A stretch of 63,986 nt of DNA, the filler included, from Streblomastix strix (Eukaryota): assembly GCA_008636045.1 (NCBI GenBank). It is 3 parts of 3 records of this genome, joined end to end, with 100 filler letters (N's around TTAATTAATTAA, not from the genome) between each part and the next. Parts side by side here need not be neighbours in the genome. Positions count along the whole stretch, not along the records: positions 1 to 21,892 come from SNRW01000345.1; 2 more parts are not named here. One strand, 5' to 3'. Below the pieces are notes generated by a model. That model saw only the letters and a list, made by a program, of their open reading frames with translations, was not told where the DNA came from and ran no database searches. Made by a program: the position numbers and the translations under genes. Every line of letters starts with the position of its first letter. The stretch's first letter is position 1. Below are positions 1 to 13,408 of the stretch, piece after piece.

Positions 1-1012
1 AGATGGGTAATTATGTGCAGGTTTAATGGAAATTGATAGAATGGAATATGACTGCGAATATTATGAATCATAAGCTGCAAGATAAAACAGAATGAAATCA
101 CGAGCAAAAACGTTTGAAAGGCTGCCATTTCATCCATCAATGATTCAAAGAACAAGAAAACATGGAGGTTCATAATTTAGAGAAGATGCGGGGGATGTCC
201 TTGTTACACTCATTAGTTATTAAACAGGGATATTAAAAAAATTAATAGGTTATCATCTATCGTTAGTGCACAAAATATATTGACGATAAACATTTGGCCA
301 AACGATTTAGTGTATAAGAACAAGACTTAGATGATAATGTAGCAACACCAGATAATGTGGTTGTTTATGATAAGAAATAGAATGCAATTTATTCCGACGA
401 TGGTAACATAACAGCTGTAGATTTTGGTGACCCAGAGCATTAATATAAAAGAAACCTAATGAAATCATATTATACAGATGTTAATGATTTAGAACGAACT
501 GCATTGGCAGCTAAATTAAAACAATAAGGAATAAAAGGTGCTCCTTACATGAAATGGCTATTAATAACTAAGCCACATAAAATAAAAGAAAAAAATCAAC
601 ATCGCTTCAGAGCATTCGCCTTCTGTGCAAAAAAATCATAAATCAAAATGGAAGTGCTTAATTGCAAATGGCTATCAAATAACAAATAATGGCATCTGTT
701 TGGAATTCTGTATTTATTACTTCTGCTGTCGAAAAATTAGAAAGAACAAACGAAAAAATATATTTAAATAATAGAAATGTTAAAGCAAATGAAAAATTAG
801 AAGAATATGAATATTTGCCAATTGTTAAAATAGTATATATCAAAAAATTTCCCACCATTATTGCTTATCTATATAATGATTAGCAGATTGGTAATAAGAT
901 TGCATAAGCTCTTGCTCAAGCAATGTAATAGTATGGTGATAGTATAGCATAGTGATAACGAAATATTGGAGCTTAGGACTTAGATAAATATAAATTCACA
1001 ATAAACTAATGA
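1..1012 (+). pseudogene. Conserved viral hypothetical protein (5'-truncated), paralogue of 54511-55610
   Basis: With TAR=Gln it reads ...RLPFHPSMIQRTRKHGGSQFREDAGDV...EQDLDDNVATPDNVVVYDK...; high nucleotide similarity to 54690-55610; has frameshifts. Confidence 0.7.
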
Positions 1013-1040
1013 AATAACTCTTATAATTATTATTCTTATT

Positions 1041-1200
1041 AATTTTTCTCACTAATCTAGCAGAATGGTAGGCTGACAGCAGTTTTTGATGAAAGATTTT
1101 GATTCGGTCCACTCAATCCACTCTGTCCAGTCAAAAGTCATTCATTAATCAACACAATTTCTCATGCAAATTTCGTAGATTTCATTGAAGTTTTTCATTC
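1041..1200 (+). repeat. Conserved intergenic viral element, copy 1
   Basis: Core GCAGAATGGTAGGCTGACAGCAGTTTTTGATGAAAGATTTTGATTCGG; related copies at 6222-6328(-), 49150-49205(-), 53545-53665(-), 55630-55780(+). Confidence 0.8.
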
Positions 1201-1270
1201 CTGTGCAATCATTTCAACTAATAATTGAAGCAATTAACAATATTTTTTTATTTATTTTATTTTTAAATAA

Positions 1271-4200
1271 ATGACAGATAAATAGTGGGAAGACTTGTAA
1301 AGAAGATGAACACCTCTGAATATAATTTCAAATATGCCACCAAATCAAGCATTACCAGAGCTATAACCATTTAATTAAACACCTTATAAAACAACCAGAA
1401 AAACACAGTTGTAATTGATGTAAATGTATGACTATATTACATAAATGCAAACACACAACTATCAGACATCACATAAATTATAAAAGGAACATCAACAATA
1501 GTAATTGATGTAAATGTAGAATTATATTACATAAATGCAAACATGTATTTACCAACAACAGGAATTACCACATGAACTGCAACTTAAACAAGGCGAAGCT
1601 CACGAATTGTGGGAGAATTTTCAACTAAATTTAAGGCACTAAAAACTAACACCTGAAATAATATGAGAATTAACGACTTTATATGACCATAATATTTAAT
1701 ATAAAATAATCATTTATAAATTGAGGTCTTAATTTTCAACAACTTTAGATAAAATTGATTTAGATAACGGTAGAAATAATAGAGATATAGTTAGAAATGC
1801 AATATTATAATCAAGACCATTTGCATAATGAATAAGGTAAAAGACTTAGTTAGGCTTTTAAAATGAAGAAATAATAGGTAAAGTTTATGCTAAATAATTT
1901 ATGCAAGAGTAAGATAATAAATAGAATATGAACGCTTAAGACGAATAGAGCAAACGGCACAATCAATAATGGGAGCAAGTAATGGATGATTAACGAGTCA
2001 GACATGCGAATCTATTAAAAGAAATTTTAAAATAAAAAATAAGTCATAAATTAAAAAAAAAGTGCAGAATTGATCAAGAACGTTTAAGAAGAAATAAAAG
2101 AATTAAATGAAGAATATAATAATAAGAATTATAAGCCAATTAATGTCCAATAGAATACGATTATATTATGCACACCACAATTCGAGTAAGAATATGAAAG
2201 AAGAATTAGATTCGAGCATAAATATTTAAAAATTTGTCATATTTAATGTAACTACTTTTATGTTCATACTATCAGCACTACAAAAGAATATTGCAAAAAT
2301 GATTTAAGAACTATTGAGGATGACGATGCTTATTTGGATTAAATATATTAACGTGAATAAAAATTTGCGTTCAAAATTGCATTTAATTTTGGAGTAATTA
2401 TTGAACGAGTCAGTTGCTAAGAAAATGAATAATAAATAATGTATAAAATTATTCATACCTTTAATTTAAAACTGAGATGAGAGCACAGACAACCATTCGC
2501 ACACACTTATACTTAGCAGATTATAAAAGATTCATTGGAGATCACATTTTCTTAATATAAGTGCGAACTATTATGAATACAAAAGTGAAAATAATTGGTA
2601 TATTTTCAATAAAGATTCAAATGTTTCGTCTTTCACATGATGACGCTGGTGGTCGAACAATACTATCATTAAAGAAGCATATAATTAGGCGCGAGATTCG
2701 AAATATTGATCTTGAAAAAAATAATCAAAATTTATGTTTCTTTCTAGCATATTCATTTATTACAATGTCACACATCAAGGCTGACGTTGATGCAGACAGT
2801 TCTGCTATTGCTACAAAGCATTATAAGGAACATTCACGTATTGCAGAAGCAAAGCGATTATTTTAAAGAATTTATGGAAAAAAATTGATGAAAATTATTA
2901 AGGGTTTAATTTCGCAACAGAAGCAGATTAATTTATTTAGAATGAGAATTTAAATATAAATGTGTTCGCTTACGAAGAAACAACGGCAACAGCATCAGCA
3001 ACTTCATCGACAACCAATTAAGGCAGTTGTTATCGATGGAAATAATATCGAAGAAACGAATAGAATAAATAAACAAAAGAATTTAATATACTTTTAATAA
3101 CAGACACAATCAACGAACTACGAACAGCTCACGTTTTTTATATTAATGATATTGAGGCACTAACTGGTTTAAAACATTGTCCAATCTGAAATATGCAGGC
3201 TTATAAGACCAGAGATTCAAATTTGTAGTCAAAACTAAAAAGACACATGTAAGAATGTTAAAAAAATGGTGGAAAGATAATAAAGAAAGTTTATTTAGAA
3301 AAATTTCCAAGGCCATACGTTCCACATATATTGAATAATGATAGGAACACGTATCTTCTGGCGCATGGTCGAGAGGATGAATTCAAACCTACTAAATATT
3401 ATATAACATATGATATTGAAACCGTTGAAAGAATCTTATATGAAAAATTTGGTGTTAATTCAACGCAAATTTCAATATTTGAACCTCTATCGATTGCAAG
3501 TACAATAAAAATAAAAAATAAAGTTGTTAATGGTTCAAATAATGATTCTGTTGATTAAATTTATTCTATTTATTTTGATATTAGAACCCCTAACTTTATC
3601 AATGTATGGATAAAATAGTTGTTTAAGGAAGCCAGAAAAGTTATTGATTCAAACAAATATGAAGATGACACGATACCGTAGCATTACGAGGTACCGGTAA
3701 TTAGCTTCAATTCTTCAAAGTTCGATGTCGTACTAATTCTTAAAATTTTATTGAGTGATGAGCAACAATTAATTAAATATCTTGAAAGTGGTTCAAACGC
3801 TAAATAAATTATTGATAAACATAATATATCTGGAATTAAGTTAAGGTTCATTGATGCAATGATTTATTGCACAAAAATGAAATTAAAATATTTCATAAAA
3901 AATTTCACGCCCAATGCAGCGTCGTCACCACCAGCGAAGTTAAAGTTTCCTTATGAATTCATCAATTATGACAACTACAATGAAAAATTAATGTAATCTG
4001 AGCCATTTTCGATTGAAGCATTTAGAAAAACAACTAAAAATTAAAATATTAGAGAAGAGAAATATTAAAATTGTTTGGCAACAACCAATAATGGTATCAC
4101 TGGTTGAGATTATCTTCGACACTATAACTTTGAAGATACTCTCTTGATGATTATGCCATTGGATTATTTATTTGATATGTTCATCAATTATAAAATTGAT

Positions 4201-6200
4201 ACGTTGTAGTTTATGTCAATGAATGCATGTGCAAATGCTATCAAATATGCCCTTACTTATTGCGATTTCAAATTGGATTAAGATTATACTTCAAAAGATG
4301 ATTATGCATCATTCGTACTTACACAAAATTATATGAACATTAAAGTTTAAAATTATCTGGAATAAGGTAAAAAAACAAATAAAGACACAAGCAACAATAT
4401 CAAGAAATCAGCTTGTGCGTTCTACAGAAAATTATTTTTATTGGCAGGATGCCATATATGCAAGGCACGATTCATAAGTAAAATTTCGCCAACATTAGAT
4501 AGAATTGGCAATGACAAGAGTCATTTTGTAGATAACGTGAAACCTTGCTGCTTATTCCGCAATAAATTTAAGCCAAACAAAGATGAAAATTTAACAAGAT
4601 TAGTAATACAATTAAAAATTTATGTTTGTTGAAGTCGCTCCCAATGACAATAAATGATGAAGATATTTATCAAATTTTACGTTCTGGAATCACAGGTTGT
4701 CTATCATAAGTCATGCATAGATATAATGTTGCAGGTGTAACTAAAATAAATTAGTTAAAATATACTAACGGAAAGGTCATTAGTTGGGACACCGATTACA
4801 TAATTACTCATCTTTTAACACTAGATTTCAATTATTAATATCCTTCTGTTATGAGCTCAGAGCCGCAAAAGTTCATCAAATATACGGGTAATAAATTATA
4901 TATGGCTGAATAAAAAGAAGATAAAATTTTTGATAAATTAACAGCAAGAAATTTAATTTTTAATCCCGTACGATTTAATGATATTGAAGGATTGCCGCAA
5001 TTTATCGTAGTTGTTAAAGGACACTTCGACGAATGCCATATTAATGATTTCATTAATTTTCTTCCGATATTAAGAAATATCGACATAGTGACAGATGAAA
5101 AAACATTAGGTTCATACATGTGTTATCAGCTTCTTAAAAATATTATGTTGAATGATAAAATTGAACGAAAATTAACAAATTTATTATTGATGCATGAGTA
5201 GTTCATGTAGTTCAATAATTATTATATATGACTATTCATCGATGATTTTCATTCCATTGCTGATGACATGTAATGTATTATAACATTATCTAAACACGAC
5301 AGATTCAATCCATTTGTTAAGGAATTCATGAATCAATAAATATAGGCAATAAACGAAAAAAACAATGGAAAATAATAGTTCTATAAATTAGCTTTGATTT
5401 CAAGCTATGGAAGTGATGGGATGAATTAAGAAAAATATTCATAAACGAAATTGTTGAGCTCTGATAGGACTTGATTGTCTCATCTCTAAGGTTCATTCGT
5501 TAAAGATTAATAATTAACAGATGATTTATTTGCTGTGTAATTTAATGCTGAGAGCTACAACTGCAACACCTGCCTCCATTCTGCTTATTTCGTACTTGAT
5601 AATAGCAAATATTAGTATGTAAATTTTATCTATAATTTTATGGTTAAAGCTTTCGATATGAACAAGATGCATTATATTTGTGGTGATATCGATTCGATGA
5701 CATGGGCAATCAGCGGGAACCCAGAAGAGGATTACAGGCATTAGTTTAAATATGTATTCAAGGACTAGAAATTTTTAAATGAAAATTATCCTCTTTTCTT
5801 AGGTCAATATTAACAATTATTGGGAGTCAGTTATATGGCAGAATGAACGGCTTGCGTCGCTTTAGCTCCTAAAATACATTACATTTATAGTCCCTTATTT
5901 AATGAAAATGAAAAAGATTATAATTGATGTTTGAAAGAAAAAATATTAAAATAAAATGTTCAGTTAAATGATGAATAATTTAAATATTCTTTAAATGAAG
6001 AATCAATTTATGCCCAAAATATTATCCTCGGTTAAAGAAATAAATAAATGTTAAAAATGTAAATAAATAAAGTTGGTTTAAAGTCAATTCAAAGTAAAAT
6101 AATTGTACTTTAAAATCAGTGTTGTGCTCCATTTCTGAATATTAGCGGGTAACAATTGAGTTCAGATAATTATGTAATTACTAATGATGAATACAAATAA
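1271..6200 (+). pseudogene. polB: Protein-primed family B DNA polymerase (pPolB), disrupted
   Basis: NLCFFLAY (vOTU-like Cys), ExoI YYITYDIETVE (~3397), ExoII FNSSKFD (~3705), ExoIII YLRHYNFEDT (~4110), HNH insert CHIC...LDRIGNDKSHFVDNVKPCC (4450-4560), motif A LDFNYQYPS (~4820), B KLALISSYG (~5385), C GDIDS (~5683), LAPK (~5862). Many frameshifts and TGA stops. Confidence 0.9.
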
Positions 6201-6221
6201 TTGGCACTAATATTAAGCATT

Positions 6222-6328
6222 AATTTGGCACGAAAAATTGGAATAACTAATGAATGACTTTTGAGTGTTTCGAATGTTCCGAGTTAAAAACTTTCATCAA
6301 AAACAGCTGTCAGACTGCAATTCTGCCA
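6222..6328 (-). repeat. Conserved intergenic viral element, copy 2 (inverted relative to copy 1)
   Basis: Reverse complement: TGGCAGAATTGCAGTCTGACAGCTGTTTTTGATGAAAGTTTTTAACTCGGAACATTCGAAACACTCAAAAGTCATTCATTAG. Confidence 0.8.
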
Positions 6329-6399
6329 GAGTGTTAAATGATTTCATCGGTGAATTGGACAAAAATTATTTTATTTTTGCGTGAAATAAATATTAAACG

Positions 6400-7710
6400 A
6401 AAATATAATATATGAAGATATTCCTCGGACTTTTGCAGACGATTAATTTCAAAGAGATGAATGTGAATTTGAAGCATAATAAGATATCGATGATAAAACA
6501 TATAAAGTTCATTATTAAATGAGTCTATCAGAGTTCATTAAAAACATCATTAAAATTGCAAAGAAAAAATTTATCGATTTTATGATAGAGAAAGCAAATG
6601 AATTAATTATTGGAAAACGAACAATGGCGGACTGGTACTACTATTATATTTCAGTTTAATGATAATATGAACCTTAAAAATAAAAAAAAATAAATAAAAA
6701 ACAAACAAATGGAAATAGTGGCATATAAATGGTTTCGACATCCAGCCAGTAATCCGTTTAAGGTGGCGACGATGAAAATATGCTCTATTTTCCCATCAAA
6801 ACAAAATTAAAATTACTTGAAAATATAAATAAACATAAATATGCAAACAATCAATATGTACCAGTGAAAGATTATAAATTAATGCCATTATAAAGACTGC
6901 ACCTACCTTATTTCTCTCCAAAGTTAGGGAGTCAGGAAATAGATATAGTCTTTTTAATCAATTAAGATATGTAAGAAAATGACGATAGATATGATGAAAC
7001 TATCTTTGAATATGACGAAATATAAATATAAGAGAAAAAAGAAGAAAATAAATATGTATTTATTTTGCATAAACAATAATACAAAATATTTAGTGGAATA
7101 TCCATTGACTGATAAATCAATCGCATAAGTAGTTGGATAATTGTAAAAATTAATTAAAAATTATTATGTTAATAATATCAGGGGTGGGTGAAAAAGGATT
7201 TAATATGTCTTTTTTTGCTTTGTTATGTTCAGAGAATAAAATTAATGGTTATTTCACTGATTCTAAATTCACTAATCATAATAGAGTAGTCGATTCAGTT
7301 ATTCATACAGTAAGGAATACATTTGGTTATAAATTTAATTAATTTTCAACAAATCAATAAATATAAATAGTTGTAGATATATACAATAATACAACAAATA
7401 TTGCGTTTCAAAATAAAAATAGCCTATATTAAGTTCAACTGTCAAAAGATTTAGAAGGATAATATATATGTATGTTTATAAATGAAGAAATTGGAACGAC
7501 AATTAGCTAAATAATAATAAGAGGCCATATTATTATTTAAAGCAGGAAAAATAATATTAATACATTTTGATTTCTAAAAAAATATGATATAAATTTATGA
7601 AATATAGGAAAAATTTCAATTAGTTAGCGGAGTTTATTAGATATGGAAATGGTAATGTTTTATGCAGATTATTAAATCTTTCTTATAAAATAAGTATAAT
7701 AAAATTTTTT
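6400..7710 (+). pseudogene. Retroviral-like (rve) integrase, disrupted
   Basis: LPYFSPKLGSQEIDIVF, YLFCINNNTKYLVEYPLTDKS, NNIRG/GEKGF and FTDSKFTNHNRVVDSVIHTVRNTF match the integrase at 28584-29751 block by block. The 5' boundary is uncertain. Confidence 0.8.
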
Positions 7711-7837
7711 TCATATTATTGTTAATATGAAAGTGAAAATTAAGAATCAACACCAGAATATAATGCATCAGAGTTTTAATTTAGATGAAATAAAAGTTAA
7801 AATTATTATTTATTTTTCATTTTCTATTTTAATTATA

Positions 7838-8175
7838 ATGACAGATAATCAGACAATCAATGAAACAACATAAACTAAGTCAATAGAAACTGAACAATAA
7901 ACAGCTTCTACAAAACAAGGACGTCCAAAGAAATGCACTGATAAAGAATAAGCAACGATTGCTGCTAGAGAGCAACTCAAAAGGCAAGGATTAGATATAA
8001 ATAAAATTAAACAAATTATGTTTCAAAAAGTCAATGATATGCAACTATTTATAGTCAAAAATCTAAAAAAATAATCGTTAATATTAATGAATTAATAACA
8101 ATTAATGACATTATTAAAAAATATGATAATAAAAAAGACAATAATGAAGATGCTAATGACTCAATCAAACTTTGA
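7838..8175 (+). pseudogene. Small basic protein with AT-hook-like KQGRPKK motif
   Basis: MTDNQTINETT...KQGRPKKCTDKEQATIAAREQLK. Same position (after integrase) and similar motif as 29782-30246; frameshifted. Confidence 0.6.
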
Positions 8176-8685
8176 GCCGCCAATCGATATTATTTTTTGA
8201 TACAAGCAATGTGAAATATATCAATGATTCCTATCAATTTGGAACATTGGCGCATTGGAAACTAATTTCTATAATAAGTTAAAAACACTCTCAGGGTATT
8301 GGTACCCTAATCACTTAAAAGTCATTCACTATCAACATCAATTATGTGTGCCAATTACGTACTTTTATTATCGCTTTTCATTAACGTTTTCAACAATATA
8401 TTTTTTTTGCATTAATGATTTTCATCAAATGCTCCATCAACTTACTTATGTAGTTATGTGAAAAAGAAGAGTGCTATATATTTCAAGAATATCATACAAT
8501 AACGTATATCACAAATATACTTCAATATCCTCATCCATTAATCATTTTCAATCATGTTCTTTCAATAATTTTGTTCAAGTATCTATTTTCTTTTACAATA
8601 TTTATTTTCGTTATTTAATAATATTATTTATTTCCTTAATTTTTTATTATATTATTTATTATTATATTATTTTATTCTATTTATC

Positions 8686-8720
8686 AATGCGGGGGCACTC
8701 TCCTTTTTTACATAACTACT
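8686..8720 (-). repeat. Candidate right terminus (TIR end) of element A
   Basis: Reverse complement AGTAGTTATGTAAAAAAGGAGAGTGCCCCCGCAT versus AGTAGTATATATATGAGAAGTTCGCCCCCTCAT at 27769. Confidence 0.7.
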
Positions 8721-8809
8721 GTCTATTGATAGTAATCATTCAAATTTGTCATATATACCAATATTACAGATGTACATGCATGAAAACTAACTGAGATTTT
8801 GGTGTCTTT

Positions 8810-9905
8810 CAGTGCATTAGCTGGAAAATTAAATAAATTTTAAATTTGTAATTTTTTGCAAAAAAATAATATTTATTAAAAAATGGTTAATTTAATTTAT
8901 TTTTGAATTTTTTTGGTTGCAAACTATCTTCAAGGGACATTAATCATATGTTACAATAAGAATATCGTGACGATCGATCTAGGTATCTATTGCACAATAA
9001 AGCACAGTGCCTGAAATTTGCCCTAAATTGCGTGAAATAGCATCATTATTTTCGTTTTCAATTTCTCAGTCCATGCCATTTTGGAATCTCTTAGGCTTTC
9101 AAAAGAAGAAATAATCACTCGATATAAAGTCATTTGAATAAGTATGGTGGATGTGACTCGTGAATATACTAGAATGAAAATAATTTTAAAGGAAATACAT
9201 ATTATTTATCACCAGTCTGCAAATAAGGATATCCATGCTTCGTGTATTTACATAATGCAGATAACATAATCCTGGCATTGTATATATGTTTATATTTTAT
9301 TGAATCATCAAGCTTGTGTAGTATGAATTTCGTATGAACACGAAGACATTACATTTCATATTTATTACTGATTTTCTTAATTTTAAATCTAATTAAACAA
9401 ATATAAAAACATAAAAATGTAGCTACAAAGGAAAGAATAGAAATTGATTCAGAAAATCAAATAGTTCACTTCTTCCTATTTATAATTTTATCTATATTAT
9501 ACTTAATTTTGATGTAAAAATTAGCAGCTGAAATAAAATTTTCTACAAAAGAGAAATGATTCGACATCAATGATGAAAAGAATATTATATTCTTCTTAGC
9601 AAGTATGAGAAAATGCTTATCAACTTGAAAGGTGAAAAGATTATTTTAGATAAAAGAATTTTATTAAAAAGAGAAAAAAAATATTGATAAAGAAGTTCTT
9701 ACTATTTAAATTAAATTAAAACAAAAAAAATATTAGTTAAACTTATTTTTTAAAATTCATTTAAATGTAAAAATTAATAAAATATTTTATGCAAATTTAT
9801 TTTAAATAATTTATAAACTTATGTAAGAAATTAATTAATTTTTTATAGATTTTAACAATTTAATAAGTTATTTAATTTTTAAATAATTTTCAGCTAAATT
9901 TTGAC
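8810..9905 (-). mobile_element. Degenerate Tc1/mariner transposon relic
   Basis: Minus strand gives HIYNAR (cf. HDNAR, ~9271-9288) and HPPY...SDYFFF (cf. HPPYSPDLAPSDYFLF, ~9105-9155). Weak inverted repeats TTAGCTG(G)AAAATT at ~8817 and ~9885. Confidence 0.5.
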
Positions 9906-12900
9906 TTCAAAAAAATTAATTTCATTTATTTTAAAACCAAATTTTCCTAGAATTACAAAGACAATATATAAAGGTTATATTATGTTTAATAATATTTAAA
10001 TTAATTACATCAATTTATGATATATATACAATATATGTAGCATACCAAACACATTGTGTGATAAGAAATCTATATCGAAATTTGACATGCAAGATAAGAT
10101 ATATGAGGCGGATGGGAAATAAAAGAAAAAGAAAGAGAAAAATGAGAATAAAATGAAGGAAAAAGAAAAAGAAGAAAAGATAAAAAAAATATAATTCCAA
10201 AGTTTTAATAATCAAATTTCTGATAATGCAAGGATTCAATTTTTTTTGCAAGTGCACAAAAATTCTTATAGGGATCACTGTATGCTACGTATGATAATTC
10301 AAATTTTAATAAAGAAAAATTTTCGTCAACATATTACAATAACATTTGTTTGATGGATATGAAAAATTTATTTGAAGAAGTGTTAAAAAAAATAATGCTT
10401 TTGTATTTAAATATTTAAAAAGTAAGGATTTGACTTCACCAAATACCCTATTTATAAATTTAAGTAATTATTTTTAAATATTTGGAGTTTTAAATGTTAT
10501 TTTATTAATAATATAAATATAATCAAATTAAATTAATGACTGCTGTAATTACCAAAAAAGTGCTAAGAAAATTAAAAACTTTTTAAAGATTAAAAAATAT
10601 ATTTTTAATATTTATTTTCTATAATATAAAAATTAAATGGAAATGAAATATTAGTAAAATAATTTGTGCTTGCTGATTATTTTTTATTTTTGTGATCTTC
10701 ACCAGTCGTAATTTGTAAACATTGTAAAAATCGGATACAAATAAAATCAGAAGATGGTCATGCATCTGGAGATGTTTATCTATATCATATCAGTACCGTT
10801 ATTACTTGAATTGAGCGAAAGTAAAGTCAGAAGCGATGATGTAGGAAAAAGTTTGTTTTTTTTATATATTAGCATTTTTATTACTGATTTATATTTTGAA
10901 CATATAAATATTTTTAATTTCATTACTATTTTCTTCCATATTGTTTATTTTTGACATCCAGTCTTCAGATTCAAAATTAATTAAGTTCAAATACCTATAA
11001 CTGATTCTTTTTAATTATTTAATGAATGTGATGATGATTATATATACATTACATAGCAGTATCATTAATATATCTAATTTAAAACTCATCAAACCTACGA
11101 GAGCATAGTCAAAACATAGAATTAAAAACAAAAATACGAAAATCTCAACGAAATGTTGATTCTTACTTATTATTTATAAAATGAAATATATATTGATCAC
11201 GCACATGAATTAATAACAGGATATTTCTTAATATAACATAGAATTCCTCAAGTAAAAGATATGATAGTTTAATAGATACAGAAAAATAATTATTTTTACA
11301 TCATATTGAATAGAATTTGGAAAGCAATTTTGAATTCTGCAATTTTTTTGATTAATAAATCATACACAGTAACATCTTGCAATAGAAGTTCTACATTACA
11401 TAACCAAACAGTATCAAAAACAGAAATACACGAAAGGAAATTAAGTGTTGTAGAATTCAAACTAATCAAAACATCTACTGATAAAGAATTTATATAAACA
11501 ACATAGACAAATCGTTAATAATATATATATACACCAATAAATCAAACAGAAATTGTATGTTAATAATTAATAAACGAGAAAGCCAAATCAATAATAAATA
11601 TCCTATTCCATCATTTCACATAAATCTCATTATAATTCTTCACAAAAGTTTCTTTCTCAAAAATAATTTCATCCATTTCATTACCTTCTGAACATTAAAT
11701 CATTATTAGGGCAAATAAAAACTTTAATATAATTAATTAATAATTTCAATTATTAATATAAAATAATAATTCAATCAACTCAAACTCTATAATATTACTT
11801 ATTAATTAGATTAAGAAATATTCATTTAATTCGTTATTAAATCTTGAAAATATAATAGAATAGAAAATTATTATTTATAATTCTAATTATCATAACATTA
11901 ATTACTCCAAATTCTTTATCAGTGCACAGATTCAAATTGTCAATTTCAAAGTATTGAATTAAATTATTAATTATGCAATTAGTTAACATTACTACAAAAT
12001 CATTGATATAAAACAAATAAAGAACGATTAAAATTCCAAAACCGAGATTTATAGTTAAAAAATGTAAAAAGCTGATATTAATGAAATAATTTCAATCTAT
12101 TTCATAAACTACATTTTACCATACTCACTCGCTTCTATTGAATTTGGAAATGAAATAAAAGAATAAAGGCATGTAATTGTTGAATAATTTTAACCAATCA
12201 GAAAGTATTATCATATTTAATCTACTAACATCAACCATAAACTTTAAGATATATCAGACTATACAACTTTATAACCAAATAAAGATATTCAATCATTTCA
12301 CATAATCCTTATACATACTTTTAAATATAATTTCAATTCACATTACAAAATCATTTCGTATGAATACCTCTCTGAATATATTAATATGCTTATCGATAAA
12401 AAATAAGAATAAATAAAAAATATGAATAAATAATTCACTATAGATAAACTTAATTAGTAATACAAAGTTATAATAATGAATAATTTATCAAAAATTAAAA
12501 ATAAATAAGCATAACTCAATAATAGTTAAGAATCAAACAGAATTCAAATTGATACAATTAAATATGTTAAAGAAAATAAATAAAAAAGATTAAATTCGAT
12601 GAATAACTATAATTATTAAGATGATTAAATTCAAAATATATAAAGTAGTTCTTCAAATTTCACACATTCTATGAATTTTGAAAAATAGAATCATTAAATA
12701 TCATCAAATATAATAGATGATAATTAAAAAGAAATTGATCTTAGTCCTAATAAGGTTTATATTATATTTAATGTTATATATTAAATAATTTATGAATGTG
12801 TAACTATAAATATATTGATGGTTGATTTCATTATATATGATATTTTTATTCAAATTATTAAATTTATTTATTTTTCTTTTCATTATATTTAATTTATTTT

Positions 12901-13408
12901 ACTTTTAGTTTACATTATAGAAATAATTTTCTCCTCTCACATAATACTTATCTGCAGGTATAACTAATCAACATTATATATTAATATTAAAAATTATAAT
13001 TTAATTAGTCATCATTTTCCATTAATCATTATTTTATATTTTACATTAAAATAATAATGTTTCTTTTTATCATTATTTTATTATACAGTTAAAATAATAC
13101 TACAAAAAAGAATAATATCATTGATTTCATCAAGTTTCATTCTTATCATCTTAGCTTTGATCTTTATATTATCACTTGCTTCAATTCCACTGTTATAAAC
13201 TAATTTGCATAAGTACACAACTGTAGATAAATATGATTATAGAAACAATATATCATTCTCCATGTAAAATCTCAACAGATATTAAAATATAAATTATTAA
13301 TAATCACATATATTAAACAATCCTCCTTCAGTTTCTTTAGTTATTCTCCATTCTCTATAATTAATCATTTACAACCTTTTGTAATCTATTAATAATAAAT
13401 CTTCAAAA

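Larger units (their letters stand above)
1..8720 (+). mobile_element. Degraded endogenous Polinton/Maverick-like virus, copy A (right portion)
   Basis: Gene order: conserved hypothetical, pPolB, integrase, GRPKK protein. Ends in ACTACT (8715-8720), whose reverse-complement context resembles the AGTAGT terminus at 27769. 1-5300 is collinear and homologous with ~54620-59745. Confidence 0.85.

Noticed and set aside
8255..11497. ORF-track entries 8255, 8471, 10015, 10754 and 11306 as genes
   Set aside because: Low-complexity F/I/Y-rich translations of AT-rich DNA with no recognisable motifs.
11000..13350. Possible decayed host coding sequence
   Set aside because: Some coding-like stretches, but no consistent frame or motif I can support.
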